Shown: positions 1 to 9,472 of the stretch, piece after piece
Layout of the letters: each line of letters begins with the position of its first letter
Position numbering within the stretch: the first letter of the stretch is position 1
Program-made: the position numbers and the translations under genes
Notes under the pieces: generated by a model
Told to the model about the DNA's origin: nothing
Databases searched by the model: none
The model's input: only the letters and a program-made list of their open reading frames with translations
From: a virus
Length of the DNA stretch: 64,000 bases
Strand: one strand, 5' to 3'
Virus record (IMG/VR): IMGVR_UViG_3300037504_000213
Location: 1-64,000 of that record

Positions 1-3
1 AAG

Positions 4-726
4 ATGGGGAGAAAGCACGGGACAAAGGTTACGGGTGGAAGTGCAGGTAGATATGTGTTGACGTTGTTTATCTTCTGTGCATCCCTGATTTTTATGACAG
101 AAGACATTTTAACGACGGTTTTTGGTTATGAGACGCTTCAGACTGATGAGGTGTTTCCAATAACCAAATATGCTATCGGCGTGTTTGTTGTTGCACTTCA
201 GATTGTGTTAGGCTATGTACTTTTTAGTCAGGCTGGAGACTCCATGCCACGCAATGCCTCTCTGGTAGAAAAGTTTGCATCTATGTTTAGAATTAGCACT
301 ACAAGATGGGTGCTCGGCCTAATTGTATTACTTGTAACCTTTGCATTTGACACATACACTGATTATCTGTATCGTAATGGTGGCAGCACAACGTTTAATG
401 CCACCACAATGCTGGTCACATTGTTTATTTTTACAATCGGCAGTGAGGTTGCCTTTACATTTAGCCTCGATCAGCTTAAGGAAAACTCTGAGGTTGCTAA
501 GTATTGCCTTGATCTATTCAGAAGACTTCTTTCAAATATAAACGAATCAAGAGTAGACCTAATGGAAAGAATCAATGATGCTGCTGATAATGAAGATCGT
601 GCGTCTATTAAGACTGGGGGTGTAGATACATATTCCTTTCGTGGAGAAGACAGACGAGATTGGCCTGAGGCAGAAGAAGGTGGAAGGTCAAAAAAGAAGC
701 AGCCCTATAACAGACGGTTCACATAA
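4..726 (+). CDS. Hypothetical integral membrane protein (about 4 TM segments)
   Basis: Several long hydrophobic stretches and a charged C-terminal tail. Confidence 0.6.
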   Translation: MGRKHGTKVTGGSAGRYVLTLFIFCASLIFMTEDILTTVFGYETLQTDEVFPITKYAIGVFVVALQIVLGYVLFSQAGDSMPRNASLVEKFASMFRISTTRWVLGLIVLLVTFAFDTYTDYLYRNGGSTTFNATTMLVTLFIFTIGSEVAFTFSLDQLKENSEVAKYCLDLFRRLLSNINESRVDLMERINDAADNEDRASIKTGGVDTYSFRGEDRRDWPEAEEGGRSKKKQPYNRRFT

Positions 727-875
727 ACCAGTTTACCCGCCTATTTGCGCACATCCTGAGTGTAATAGGGGGTGTGACGTTAGAAAGAGGAAATTTTATC
801 AAGACTGGGCTGGTGGAAAAAGAAACTGGTATTGCTGCCAGGGTCATTATTATAACAGAAATAAAAGCCTGAATC

Positions 876-904
876 AAAAAAGGGGCCGCTAGGCCCCTTG
901 GTTT
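876..904 (-). terminator. Rho-independent terminator ending the late operon (possibly bidirectional)
   Basis: AAGGGGCC/GGCCCCTT stem (880-899); the A-run at 876-881 gives a U-tract on the minus strand; lies between convergent genes. Confidence 0.75.
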
Positions 905-926
905 TGTCTAGGTTAACTTGGGACGT

Positions 927-1241
927 TCACTCTGGTTTTACAATTTCTGCCTGTTTAGCAGTTTCGAACACGCCAAGCGAAGTCAACCACGCAGACAGTA
1001 TCTGTACAGTGGCCATGCCAAGCTCAACGATGTTTTCAATTTCTATATTTGAGGCACCGCCAGCCTCTACAGCAAAAGCAATAAATGAGAGCGCAGCAAT
1101 TACAAAAACGTTCACTTTGCCGCCGTCTCCATCTTCAATGACTTCAAAGTGTAAAAGAACATTTTTTATAAGTTGTGTTATTGGTGATGCGATTGCGCCT
1201 ATGGCAATGCCACCAAGCAATATTGATTCAAACGATTCCAT
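927..1241 (-). CDS. Holin-like small membrane protein
   Basis: 104 aa with 3 hydrophobic segments, last gene of the late operon. Confidence 0.5.
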   Translation of the reverse strand: MESFESILLGGIAIGAIASPITQLIKNVLLHFEVIEDGDGGKVNVFVIAALSFIAFAVEAGGASNIEIENIVELGMATVQILSAWLTSLGVFETAKQAEIVKPE

Positions 1242-1662
1242 CCGCCTTCTCCTTTTTTAGTATTTCTATTTCTTCTTCTAAACTCTTAATTCTTGCCTCA
1301 AGCTCAGCTATTCTTTCTCTATACAGCTTAATTCGGTCAGAACAGTCGTCAAGCTGGCACTGCAAATCCTGTACGGTTTTTTCCAAAATGCCTATAGTGT
1401 TTTCGAGTGTGGCAATGGTCTTTTGGTATGTATCTATTCTGCTTTCTGTGCTATCTATGACTAGCTTGGTTTGAACCTCCATAGATGCTACTAGCTTTGT
1501 AGCATTGTCAATAAACGTTGTTTCCCGTTCGTTTATCGCCTGATTGCTTTCTCCACGCATTTGTCTAATTATTGACACGGACCTCAGTGCACCCTCAATA
1601 ACGAAGAATATAACAATTATCCATGTTGGTGTCGGGTTGTGGAGAAAGTCAAAGATGTTCAT
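1228..1662 (-). CDS. Membrane-anchored coiled-coil protein (lysis region)
   Basis: N-terminal TM segment followed by heptad-rich sequence. Confidence 0.5.
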   Translation of the reverse strand: MNIFDFLHNPTPTWIIVIFFVIEGALRSVSIIRQMRGESNQAINERETTFIDNATKLVASMEVQTKLVIDSTESRIDTYQKTIATLENTIGILEKTVQDLQCQLDDCSDRIKLYRERIAELEARIKSLEEEIEILKKEKADGIV

Positions 1663-1877
1663 TATGCCTCTGCTATATCCTCTCTGGTGTCCACTATAGG
1701 TTTTCCTAACTCTGTCTCAAGCCCCGCGATGAACGCGGCCTCGTCGCCGCCGTGCGCAGCGGACCAATCCTCATCCGTCCACATGCTTGCGCTAGGTGGT
1801 ATCGCGATGGTGTCATCAACCTCACCGACATCCATCAGATTGTAATGCGTTCCAACATCAGCCAGCACGATTGCCAT
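1662..1877 (-). CDS. Small acidic hypothetical protein
   Basis: GGAG Shine-Dalgarno; overlaps its neighbours. Confidence 0.5.
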   Translation of the reverse strand: MAIVLADVGTHYNLMDVGEVDDTIAIPPSASMWTDEDWSAAHGGDEAAFIAGLETELGKPIVDTREDIAEA

Positions 1878-2061
1878 TGCTTACTCCTGTTTTGTTGTTT
1901 ACGGGTTTCCCGCGTGCCATGCGCGCCAAAAGCGCGGTTTCCGCTGCCTGCACTGGCATTTTCGGAAACAGGACGCGGGCCATTGCGACCCATACTTCGT
2001 CTGAAAATGCCGATTCATCCGCGCCGAACACGGGGTTCGCCTTCGGTTTTTCTACTGACAT
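1858..2061 (-). CDS. Small hypothetical protein (likely start MSVEKP)
   Basis: In-operon ORF between the LRR gene and 1662-1877. Confidence 0.4.
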   Translation of the reverse strand: MSVEKPKANPVFGADESAFSDEVWVAMARVLFPKMPVQAAETALLARMARGKPVNNKTGVSNGNRAG

Positions 2062-2090
2062 TTCGCTTTTTTTATGCGTTAACCTTATCA

Positions 2091-3290
2091 TTACGGTGCG
2101 CTGCCTCCATTCCAAACCCACGTCCACCCGTGATCGTTCACGAGGGAGTAGATGTATTCAAGGCCTGTTGACGGCGTTGCAGCCGCTTGATACGTGCCGC
2201 TTGGCGTGGCGTTGCCACTGCCGCCGATGTTTCCCGATGGCGATCCGAACGTCTGATTTCCAGCTTCCGCGTTGGCCCAAAAACCGCGCACGCTTTCGTC
2301 AACAGCCGCTTGAGTGAGCGAATTGCCATCTGCCCGAAATTCCTGAATGGCGTCGAGTCCCTCGGTAGCGCCAGACTCGACGTCATCAAGCTGATTGGCG
2401 TACAGCCACAGCACAGTCAAATTCGACAGGTTGCCCAATTCGGCGGGGATGCTGCCCGTCAGCTGGTTGACGTGCAACCGCAGATCCGTCAAATTCGACA
2501 GGTTGCCCAATTCGGCGGGGATGCTGCCCGTCAGTTGATTGCTGATCAGATACAGCACAGTCAAATTTGACAGGTTGCCCAGCTCTGATGGGATGCTGCC
2601 CGTCAGCTGGTTGATGTGCAACCGCAGATCCGTCAAATTCGACAGGTTGCCCAGCTCTGATGGGATGCTGCCCGTCAGCTGGTTGTCGTACAGATACAGC
2701 CGCGTCAAATTTGACAGGTTGCCCAATTGGGATGGGATGCTGCCCGTCAGTTGGTTGGAGTACAGCAACAGCACAGTCAAATTTGACAGGTTGCCCAATT
2801 GGGATGGGATGCTGCCCGTCAGTTGGTTGATGTGCAACCGCAGATCCGTCAAATTCGACAGGTTGCCCAGCTCTGATGGGATGCTGCCCGTCAGTTGGTT
2901 GGCGTACAGCCACAGCACAGTCAAATTCGACAGGTTGCCCAATTCGGCGGGGATGCTGCCCGTCAGTTGGTTGGAGTACAGCAACAGCACAGTCAAATTT
3001 GACAGATTGCCCAATTCGGCTGGGATGCTACCCGTCAACGCATCCGCATCCGCATCCAACTGCATAATCGCCGCCGCATCGATGCCCGTGAGCTTGACAG
3101 TTTTTGTGCCCGCCGCGAACGTGAATGTCGGCGAGTTCGACTCGCTGACCTGCCCGTCGCTGGCGCCCCATGTGCCCGTGCCGCTTGTGGTCGTGATTGA
3201 CGGGTCGAATGATGCCTCGGCGGTGGTTACAAACGTAATAACACCATCTGGTAAAACCTTTGGGAACAAGAATTGTCTTGCCCTAGTCAT
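2091..3290 (-). CDS. Plant-type leucine-rich-repeat protein, putative adhesin or receptor-binding protein
   Basis: Nine 24-aa repeats of NQLTGSIP(A/S)(E/Q)LGNLSNLTxLxLxx. Confidence 0.9.
   Translation of the reverse strand: MTRARQFLFPKVLPDGVITFVTTAEASFDPSITTTSGTGTWGASDGQVSESNSPTFTFAAGTKTVKLTGIDAAAIMQLDADADALTGSIPAELGNLSNLTVLLLYSNQLTGSIPAELGNLSNLTVLWLYANQLTGSIPSELGNLSNLTDLRLHINQLTGSIPSQLGNLSNLTVLLLYSNQLTGSIPSQLGNLSNLTRLYLYDNQLTGSIPSELGNLSNLTDLRLHINQLTGSIPSELGNLSNLTVLYLISNQLTGSIPAELGNLSNLTDLRLHVNQLTGSIPAELGNLSNLTVLWLYANQLDDVESGATEGLDAIQEFRADGNSLTQAAVDESVRGFWANAEAGNQTFGSPSGNIGGSGNATPSGTYQAAATPSTGLEYIYSLVNDHGWTWVWNGGSAP
2389..3036. repeat. Nine tandem 72-bp repeats encoding the LRRs
   Basis: Near-identical units containing gtcaaatt(c/t)gacaggttgccc...gggatgctgcccgtcag. 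Confidence 0.9.
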
Positions 3291-3667
3291 TATGCCTTCA
3301 AGTTGTAGTAAATAGTGATTTCATCATCCTGATCGCAGGCTGATGTACCACCATTTTCAAGGAATCCGAACTTAAAAAATGACATGTCAAAAGCTGTGTC
3401 TGGGAAACCATATCTAACAGATCCAGAAGGCGAAGCGATATACACTTTGACCTTTCCACTGCTGTATGCAACATGAGATGCCGCGTCACTTGCGTTCGTG
3501 TGATAGGATATAAACGCAAGGTCACCGTTAACACTGGCATTGTCAAAATAGAGTTCGCCACCTGCCCAATTGCGGAAGTCAATTAAATCTGTAGCAATTG
3601 GGCTTCCAGACGACACAGTGGTAGAGCCGCTTTCAAACGCTCTACGCATATTAGTTAGTGGAGCCAT
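3290..3667 (-). CDS. Putative virion structural protein
   Basis: Position in the tail module; beta-rich, Ser/Ala-rich. Confidence 0.5.
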   Translation of the reverse strand: MAPLTNMRRAFESGSTTVSSGSPIATDLIDFRNWAGGELYFDNASVNGDLAFISYHTNASDAASHVAYSSGKVKVYIASPSGSVRYGFPDTAFDMSFFKFGFLENGGTSACDQDDEITIYYNLKA

Positions 3668-3677
3668 GAAAAACTCC

Positions 3678-4046
3678 TTATGAAATCAGTTTTCTGGAAG
3701 CACCCAAGACCATTAGTCGAACAGCGCTCGCAACATCGACACATGCACCAAAAACGCTATTGGCATTGTGCATTCTTATTGGTGGATTAAATTCAAGCAT
3801 ACAGGCACCAGACGCAACAGTAGAGAGTCTGTAGATTTGATCACTGGCCGTAAGCGAACCAGTAGGATTGTAATAAATTGTTACCGACGCACCACTGTCA
3901 TCCGCGAACGCATAAATACCCTGGACCTCCGTTTCTTGCCCACTCGATAATGTATAAAGGGGGCAGGCTGAGGAAACGTCTGGCCTTCCCTTATAAAGAA
4001 CTTCCTGTCTGTCTGTCCATTTAAATTCTTGTCTAATCTGTGGCAT
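3678..4046 (-). CDS. Putative virion structural protein
   Basis: Position in the tail module; GGAG(G) Shine-Dalgarno. Confidence 0.5.
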   Translation of the reverse strand: MPQIRQEFKWTDRQEVLYKGRPDVSSACPLYTLSSGQETEVQGIYAFADDSGASVTIYYNPTGSLTASDQIYRLSTVASGACMLEFNPPIRMHNANSVFGACVDVASAVRLMVLGASRKLIS

Positions 4047-4086
4047 AAGCCCTCCTTGCTATTGTCTGTAAAATTGTGACGACGTG

Positions 4087-5541
4087 CTAATAAAGTACGT
4101 CCGTGCCATGCTTGTCGCTGTAAAAGTGGAAGTCAATTTCGTGAAGATATGCATCGTCAGAATAATCATCTTCTGATGCTGACGACTGTCTAAACACCCT
4201 GCCAACCAACATGGCAGACGTGTGTATGTCAGAACCCGATATACTGCCAATCGATGTAAACTCATGGTTGTGAGACGCTGTAGAAGAACCAGCGCCAATC
4301 AGTGTTTGTGTTGGACCAAACTCACAACCAATAGACGTAAACGTAAACTCAAGTCCCCAAGCCACACTGCCGTCACAAGATGTGCTTTTTGACCAATGCA
4401 CATGTGGTTTAAATATTGTGCCGCTGGCGTAGGAATGCGGAACCTGCATGGTGAAAAACAGCTCTTCATCCTTATTTCCAGCGAATGCGTAGTCATACAC
4501 ACCCGTGCTGGCTGATGACTTGAATGTGGTGAACGTTGGGGCATCAGTGGGGCCAGTCTTGGTTGAGGTTACTGGCACCCTTATGTCATCTACAAACCTT
4601 GCCTCTCCAGAAAGACTCAATGCACCAGATGCGTTAAAGCTGGCACCAGAAACACCAGATGTACCAAAGGTCGCTGTTGTACTATCAACTTGACTTGCAA
4701 CAATGCTGTCTATATAAGCGCTTGACGATAATATGGTAGCAAAGCTGCCACTTGTCCAAGGGATAGATTCATAAACATTTTTGTACCTGTTGTAAATATC
4801 GGGTTGTGCTATTTTCGTATCCGTGTCCCTGAGGTAAATATAGGCATATGTCATTATGCCCTTTGACACAGAAGGTGCGGCTGTTGATATATTTACTGGA
4901 TTGTCCCTGTTAAAACTTGCCCCATAGGCAACTTGCAAGCAGGCAGATGGATCTCTATAAAGCATAGCGTAAAGCGCTGAGTTTGTTGCTGATGGCTTTC
5001 CAGACAAAACGCCTTCGTAAGACTGACCGTCTGCAAAAACCCTGCAACCATCTGCGTCAGTGTAAATCATTGAGTTAATATATATCGATGCACTTTGTGG
5101 AACAGTTTGTCTAACCCATCCGTCAAGAAGTTGGCCATGATCTATATAAACTGGATCTTTGCCATTTGGCTGGTGTTGCTGTGCGTGCGATTGCACTTTG
5201 TCTGGGTAACCGCTCCAGCCATAATCGCCGTCGGTCTGTATAATATTGGTGCTGTCTATGGCAAGCACCTGCTCCCTGTTCGGTTCTTCTTGTGGGTAGC
5301 CAACAATTACGGGAAGATGTAGTTTGGGTTGTATGCGTTGGTTGTATACTGGCTGTGCTGTATCTGATGTTTCGCCATCTCTGTATACCCAGATGTAACC
5401 TGGGCGATTGGATACATATACCCTGTTTTGGGCATCCCCTATAATGCCAAACCATTTTGGCAATGTCTTTTGATACGCAGGGATAAATTGTTCCTGAATC
5501 GCGTTCCTTAAATCATCTCGTGTATATCTTTGTCTTGGCAT
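4087..5541 (-). CDS. Minor tail or tail-fibre protein
   Basis: Downstream of the large tail protein; Ser/Thr/Gly-rich C-terminal beta domain. Confidence 0.55.
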   Translation of the reverse strand: MPRQRYTRDDLRNAIQEQFIPAYQKTLPKWFGIIGDAQNRVYVSNRPGYIWVYRDGETSDTAQPVYNQRIQPKLHLPVIVGYPQEEPNREQVLAIDSTNIIQTDGDYGWSGYPDKVQSHAQQHQPNGKDPVYIDHGQLLDGWVRQTVPQSASIYINSMIYTDADGCRVFADGQSYEGVLSGKPSATNSALYAMLYRDPSACLQVAYGASFNRDNPVNISTAAPSVSKGIMTYAYIYLRDTDTKIAQPDIYNRYKNVYESIPWTSGSFATILSSSAYIDSIVASQVDSTTATFGTSGVSGASFNASGALSLSGEARFVDDIRVPVTSTKTGPTDAPTFTTFKSSASTGVYDYAFAGNKDEELFFTMQVPHSYASGTIFKPHVHWSKSTSCDGSVAWGLEFTFTSIGCEFGPTQTLIGAGSSTASHNHEFTSIGSISGSDIHTSAMLVGRVFRQSSASEDDYSDDAYLHEIDFHFYSDKHGTDVLY

Positions 5542-8500
5542 TACAAAACCGTCCTAAACACCGCGTGCCTGACATATTGTGTTCCGAAATCAGACAAGTT
5601 GCCATATGTTGATTCAAAGTTTGATGCTTCGTCGTAAGAAACCTGCATTGCACATGCCTCCTCGTCTCCTGGAACAATAGCTATGAAGGATGCGTCTACT
5701 GGTGTTGTTAGAATTTTTCTGTATCTATTTATACCAGAAAGTGGCCTATTATGCTCTGTCCATGTTGTTGCAGTGTCAGAAGATGAATAGATGCTTCCAC
5801 CAGTATTAATCGCCCACAGCTTGACATTGCTGGATATGCCGTTAAGGCCATATGATAAGCTGTTCCAGCTGTCACTAGACGAAGGGTGATTCACCAAATT
5901 GAATGTTACTGCATCATCATCGCTGTATAATAGCCTTCTTGGCGTTACATAAATTTCAGTTGATGCTGTACTGGCTATTTCTGGAACTGTTCCCCTAATA
6001 AAGTGTGTGTCATTTCCAAGGTTTGCAGCAGGAGCATGTCGTCTATAAATCAGGTATCTGACAATTCCAGAATAACTGCCACTCCACACATGGTTGACCC
6101 ACCCAGTAGAAGATAACGACAAAAAAAATGTAGTAAATCCATCATTTGTGCCACATCCAGTGCCAAGCAGTTGATCGTACTTTCTGTTTTTAGTGAAACC
6201 GCCATATAGAACTGTTTCGGACGCATCAGAATATGTATAAGATTCTGAATATTGCACAACTATTGGATCATCAAAAAATATTTCAACAGCCGATCTTTCT
6301 GTCAAGCCCCCACCAATATCCGACAAAAAAGAAGACATGTAATTACCAGAAGCGCCACCACTAATGATTGAGCCACTCCTTATTCCAGCATAATTGGTGT
6401 ACGTACCAGCATCGTATGTTACAAGATAACTGGCAGAAAATGCCGAGTCAGAAGATGTTATGCCACCTGCGCCAGTAATCTTTGCTCCGTCCCTCCAAAT
6501 ATACTTATCCAGTGCTGTTCCCGCCCCAAAGGGTGCTTGGGCGGCCACTGACCAGCTGTCGCCATTATCGCTGCTTTGCAGGATATTACCACCACCTTTG
6601 CCCTCATAGCCATTTACAAATATTAGGCTTGATGTTGGCGTAATCGATTTGACGTAACTTGCCGTTGTCCATATTTGATCCCAGAATGGACAGGCACCAA
6701 GTTTCCACCCATCCCCATTGTTATATATTGTCCTGGCACATCTACAGCTGTTTTCGTACTCTATCGCACTATACAATGTGTCTTGTGAGATATTTGATTC
6801 TATATATGGAAAAAACGAAACCTCGTTTCCAGAAGCACCAAGTAATGTACATGCGTCAGACAACGCAAGATTCTCTTGCCAACCGATGGATGTATCCCAT
6901 ACATCACTCTTGTAATAAATGCCGATTTCTGTAACAGCATATGCTTGAACACCATCTGCCATTATAATAATGTCAGACGCACTTACGCCAGCAATGTTAA
7001 GGTCATTTTCTTCCCAAACAACATTGCTGCCATCATCATTTAGGTTTGCAGTCTTATATATCCCGTTGTCAGTCGCAATAACAGCACTTGCTATCACATT
7101 CACATCTGTCAATGGCTCGTCTGGTTCTGGCGGTTCTGGGAACTCATATGTATTCTCATACGAACTTGCGTCCCACTGCCAAGGATCTGGCTCTGTTGTA
7201 ACAGTTGGTGGTGGTGGAAATGTGATACTTGCACTGTTGCCAGGACTTGCCTCTTGCGTAATGACAAGTGTTGTCATCATGGCGTTCGTTTCTGGGTCTG
7301 GTGACAGCCGTGTTTCCTGAACCAACCACCGCTGTGATGTGTCAAGCCCAACATTTCTGTTATTGTTTGATGCAGACATTGTGAGTGTAATGTAAGATTG
7401 AGGAACAGCATCAAATGGATATTGCATGGCCAACGGCACTGTTCCAGATTTAAACGGCTTGTTTAGATCTGCCCTGTATCCACCAGCCCAAGACTCAAGT
7501 TCTGCTGGACTTGCCGATAGACCACGCTCGTAAATAGTAATATCGCCTTCCCAATATGCTGGATCGGCTGGCGACTGTGCACCAATTGGTGTGGCATAAT
7601 CAACGGCATACATCTTTACCTGTGCACTGTTACGCATCGTCTGGCGCGTGAACTGAACTTGATCAATGATGTCGTCTTCTGTGATATTTACAACGTTAAT
7701 GCCATTTTTACACGCCGATGATTTTATAATATCGTTTTCTTCGTCATATATAGCACCAGTCATGTCTACAGACGAAAAGCCAAGCTTGGTTTCTTCAATG
7801 TTCTTCTGTCTCATTGACCACAACGAGCCACGCGGTAAATCTTGATAGACAATTTGGTCATTCTCAGATGGAACATCTTCTGGGTAATACACATCTGTTA
7901 TCTCTGAGGTTGTGGACCACCACTGATCCAGGAAGCGCGTTGCGTTAGCTATGGTAAGTGGCTTATGCTCAATAAATCTTTGCGGTTGGTAAGATGGGTA
8001 GTCATCACCACCAACATTCTCTAACGTAATTGCATAATTGGTTGTTTTGCTTAACACAGCATCGATAGTTGCAACTTCAAACTCAACATAGCTCTCCTCT
8101 GGTTGTACATCAATTGTTTCTGACATGATGTAACCGTTGAAAAGGATGTTGTCTCTATATGGAAAATTTCTGTCACCAGCCTCAACCTGACTTGCACCAA
8201 ACCTGGATTTAGTAAACAAAACGACTTGCGCTTGATCTGGAAAATCTGATGCAGCAGCACCTCCGAAAACACGAAGTCTAGCAGAATGGCCTTTTCCAAC
8301 ACCGCCAGATATTTCGTTTACTACCATCGCTTCATATGGCATGTTGTCACCATCAAAGGCCCACACTGTTCTGTGGCCTTCGTGTGACTTACCGTTTGTG
8401 TCTTCAACCCTTAAATGGAAAGCTGCCCCGCCTGGGGACGCATTGGTATACTCTTTGATAACTGGCGATGATGCCTCCCCAAGTGTTGTGGACTGGGTTC

Positions 8501-9128
8501 CATCAGCGAATGTCCAAGACGCACTTAGGTTTCCAGAAGCCTCAGACCATATCTTGCTAAGCTCTCCAACATGGTACACATCGTATGTTGATGCCCCCTT
8601 CCATACAACAGCTGGTGGACCCATAACCGCCTGTGGCAGAAAAGATGCTGTCTGATCAGTGTAGCTGTATATGCCATCTATGATATAACATGCACTACAG
8701 GCTGTTATGCCACTTGCGTCAGTGAAAGTTGAATAACCAACTTCTGGATAATAAGGCGCTGCTCTGTATTCTGGCACAACGGTTATCCATGTGCCAACAG
8801 CCCAATCAAACGTGTGCTCTCCAGTTTCAGCTATTTCAAGAACTGAGCCGCTAGAGTAGTCTTGTAATACGCGGGACCATCCCTTGTCCCACTTATCACT
8901 GCCACTTGATCCACTGCCAAACCATACGGTCATGTTGCGTTCAATGCCAGATTCTTCGCCAATGCCATTGTTCCATGAGATGGACTGTGTTGGGTATGTT
9001 GTTGGCAGTGGTGTTGTGATTTGTGCTTGCAATATTGGGTCTGGCTTATAAACAGCAAGGTACAGTTCTTGTGCCTGCGGGTATGTCCTTATTTTTGTAA
9101 GCGTGCTTGCAGAAAGTTGGTTTTTCAT
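5541..9128 (-). CDS. Large tail-tip/central fibre protein with a C-terminal beta-propeller-like (Asp-box) region
   Basis: About 1195 aa after TMP and Dit-like gene; Pro-rich linker; SxDxGxSW-like boxes (SSDNGDSW, SDDDAVTF, SSDTATTW). Confidence 0.6.
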   Translation of the reverse strand: MKNQLSASTLTKIRTYPQAQELYLAVYKPDPILQAQITTPLPTTYPTQSISWNNGIGEESGIERNMTVWFGSGSSGSDKWDKGWSRVLQDYSSGSVLEIAETGEHTFDWAVGTWITVVPEYRAAPYYPEVGYSTFTDASGITACSACYIIDGIYSYTDQTASFLPQAVMGPPAVVWKGASTYDVYHVGELSKIWSEASGNLSASWTFADGTQSTTLGEASSPVIKEYTNASPGGAAFHLRVEDTNGKSHEGHRTVWAFDGDNMPYEAMVVNEISGGVGKGHSARLRVFGGAAASDFPDQAQVVLFTKSRFGASQVEAGDRNFPYRDNILFNGYIMSETIDVQPEESYVEFEVATIDAVLSKTTNYAITLENVGGDDYPSYQPQRFIEHKPLTIANATRFLDQWWSTTSEITDVYYPEDVPSENDQIVYQDLPRGSLWSMRQKNIEETKLGFSSVDMTGAIYDEENDIIKSSACKNGINVVNITEDDIIDQVQFTRQTMRNSAQVKMYAVDYATPIGAQSPADPAYWEGDITIYERGLSASPAELESWAGGYRADLNKPFKSGTVPLAMQYPFDAVPQSYITLTMSASNNNRNVGLDTSQRWLVQETRLSPDPETNAMMTTLVITQEASPGNSASITFPPPPTVTTEPDPWQWDASSYENTYEFPEPPEPDEPLTDVNVIASAVIATDNGIYKTANLNDDGSNVVWEENDLNIAGVSASDIIIMADGVQAYAVTEIGIYYKSDVWDTSIGWQENLALSDACTLLGASGNEVSFFPYIESNISQDTLYSAIEYENSCRCARTIYNNGDGWKLGACPFWDQIWTTASYVKSITPTSSLIFVNGYEGKGGGNILQSSDNGDSWSVAAQAPFGAGTALDKYIWRDGAKITGAGGITSSDSAFSASYLVTYDAGTYTNYAGIRSGSIISGGASGNYMSSFLSDIGGGLTERSAVEIFFDDPIVVQYSESYTYSDASETVLYGGFTKNRKYDQLLGTGCGTNDGFTTFFLSLSSTGWVNHVWSGSYSGIVRYLIYRRHAPAANLGNDTHFIRGTVPEIASTASTEIYVTPRRLLYSDDDAVTFNLVNHPSSSDSWNSLSYGLNGISSNVKLWAINTGGSIYSSSDTATTWTEHNRPLSGINRYRKILTTPVDASFIAIVPGDEEACAMQVSYDEASNFESTYGNLSDFGTQYVRHAVFRTVL

Positions 9129-9472
9129 GATGCCACCACGTGTGTTATTCTGACTTCCAGTCCATCCCACAGGTGATCTCCTGGCCCTTGTGTCCCAGGA
9201 GATGTAATTTCAACAAAGAAGGATGCAGATGATGCTGCTGTTTTTGAGTTTGGATTCATGATCATACCGTTTTTAGATTCTCCGTCGTCGTAAGCTCTCC
9301 ACGTAGCGTAATCTGATTCCGAAAGAGCACCAAACGTTAGAGTCAGTGCGGTGTAATAGCCCTTAACACGACCGCCAGAATGCCTTCTGCCAAGATTAAC
9401 TGGCTCGTCATACACAACGGATGTTGGCTGCACTGGTGACGCCCCGCCTATTTCAAATATAGCTTCTGTCAT
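9125..9472 (-). CDS. Distal tail protein-like
   Basis: Small gene immediately after the TMP. Confidence 0.45.
   Translation of the reverse strand: MTEAIFEIGGASPVQPTSVVYDEPVNLGRRHSGGRVKGYYTALTLTFGALSESDYATWRAYDDGESKNGMIMNPNSKTAASSASFFVEITSPGTQGPGDHLWDGLEVRITHVVAS

Noticed and set aside
2389-3036. CRISPR array or DGR template/variable repeat
   Set aside because: The 72-bp in-frame repeats encode LRRs; there are no unique spacers and no cas or reverse transcriptase gene in the window
2187-3315. Long alternative-frame ORFs (2539-3315 +, 2386-2913 -, 2187-2570 +)
   Set aside because: Shadow frames of the GC-rich LRR repeat
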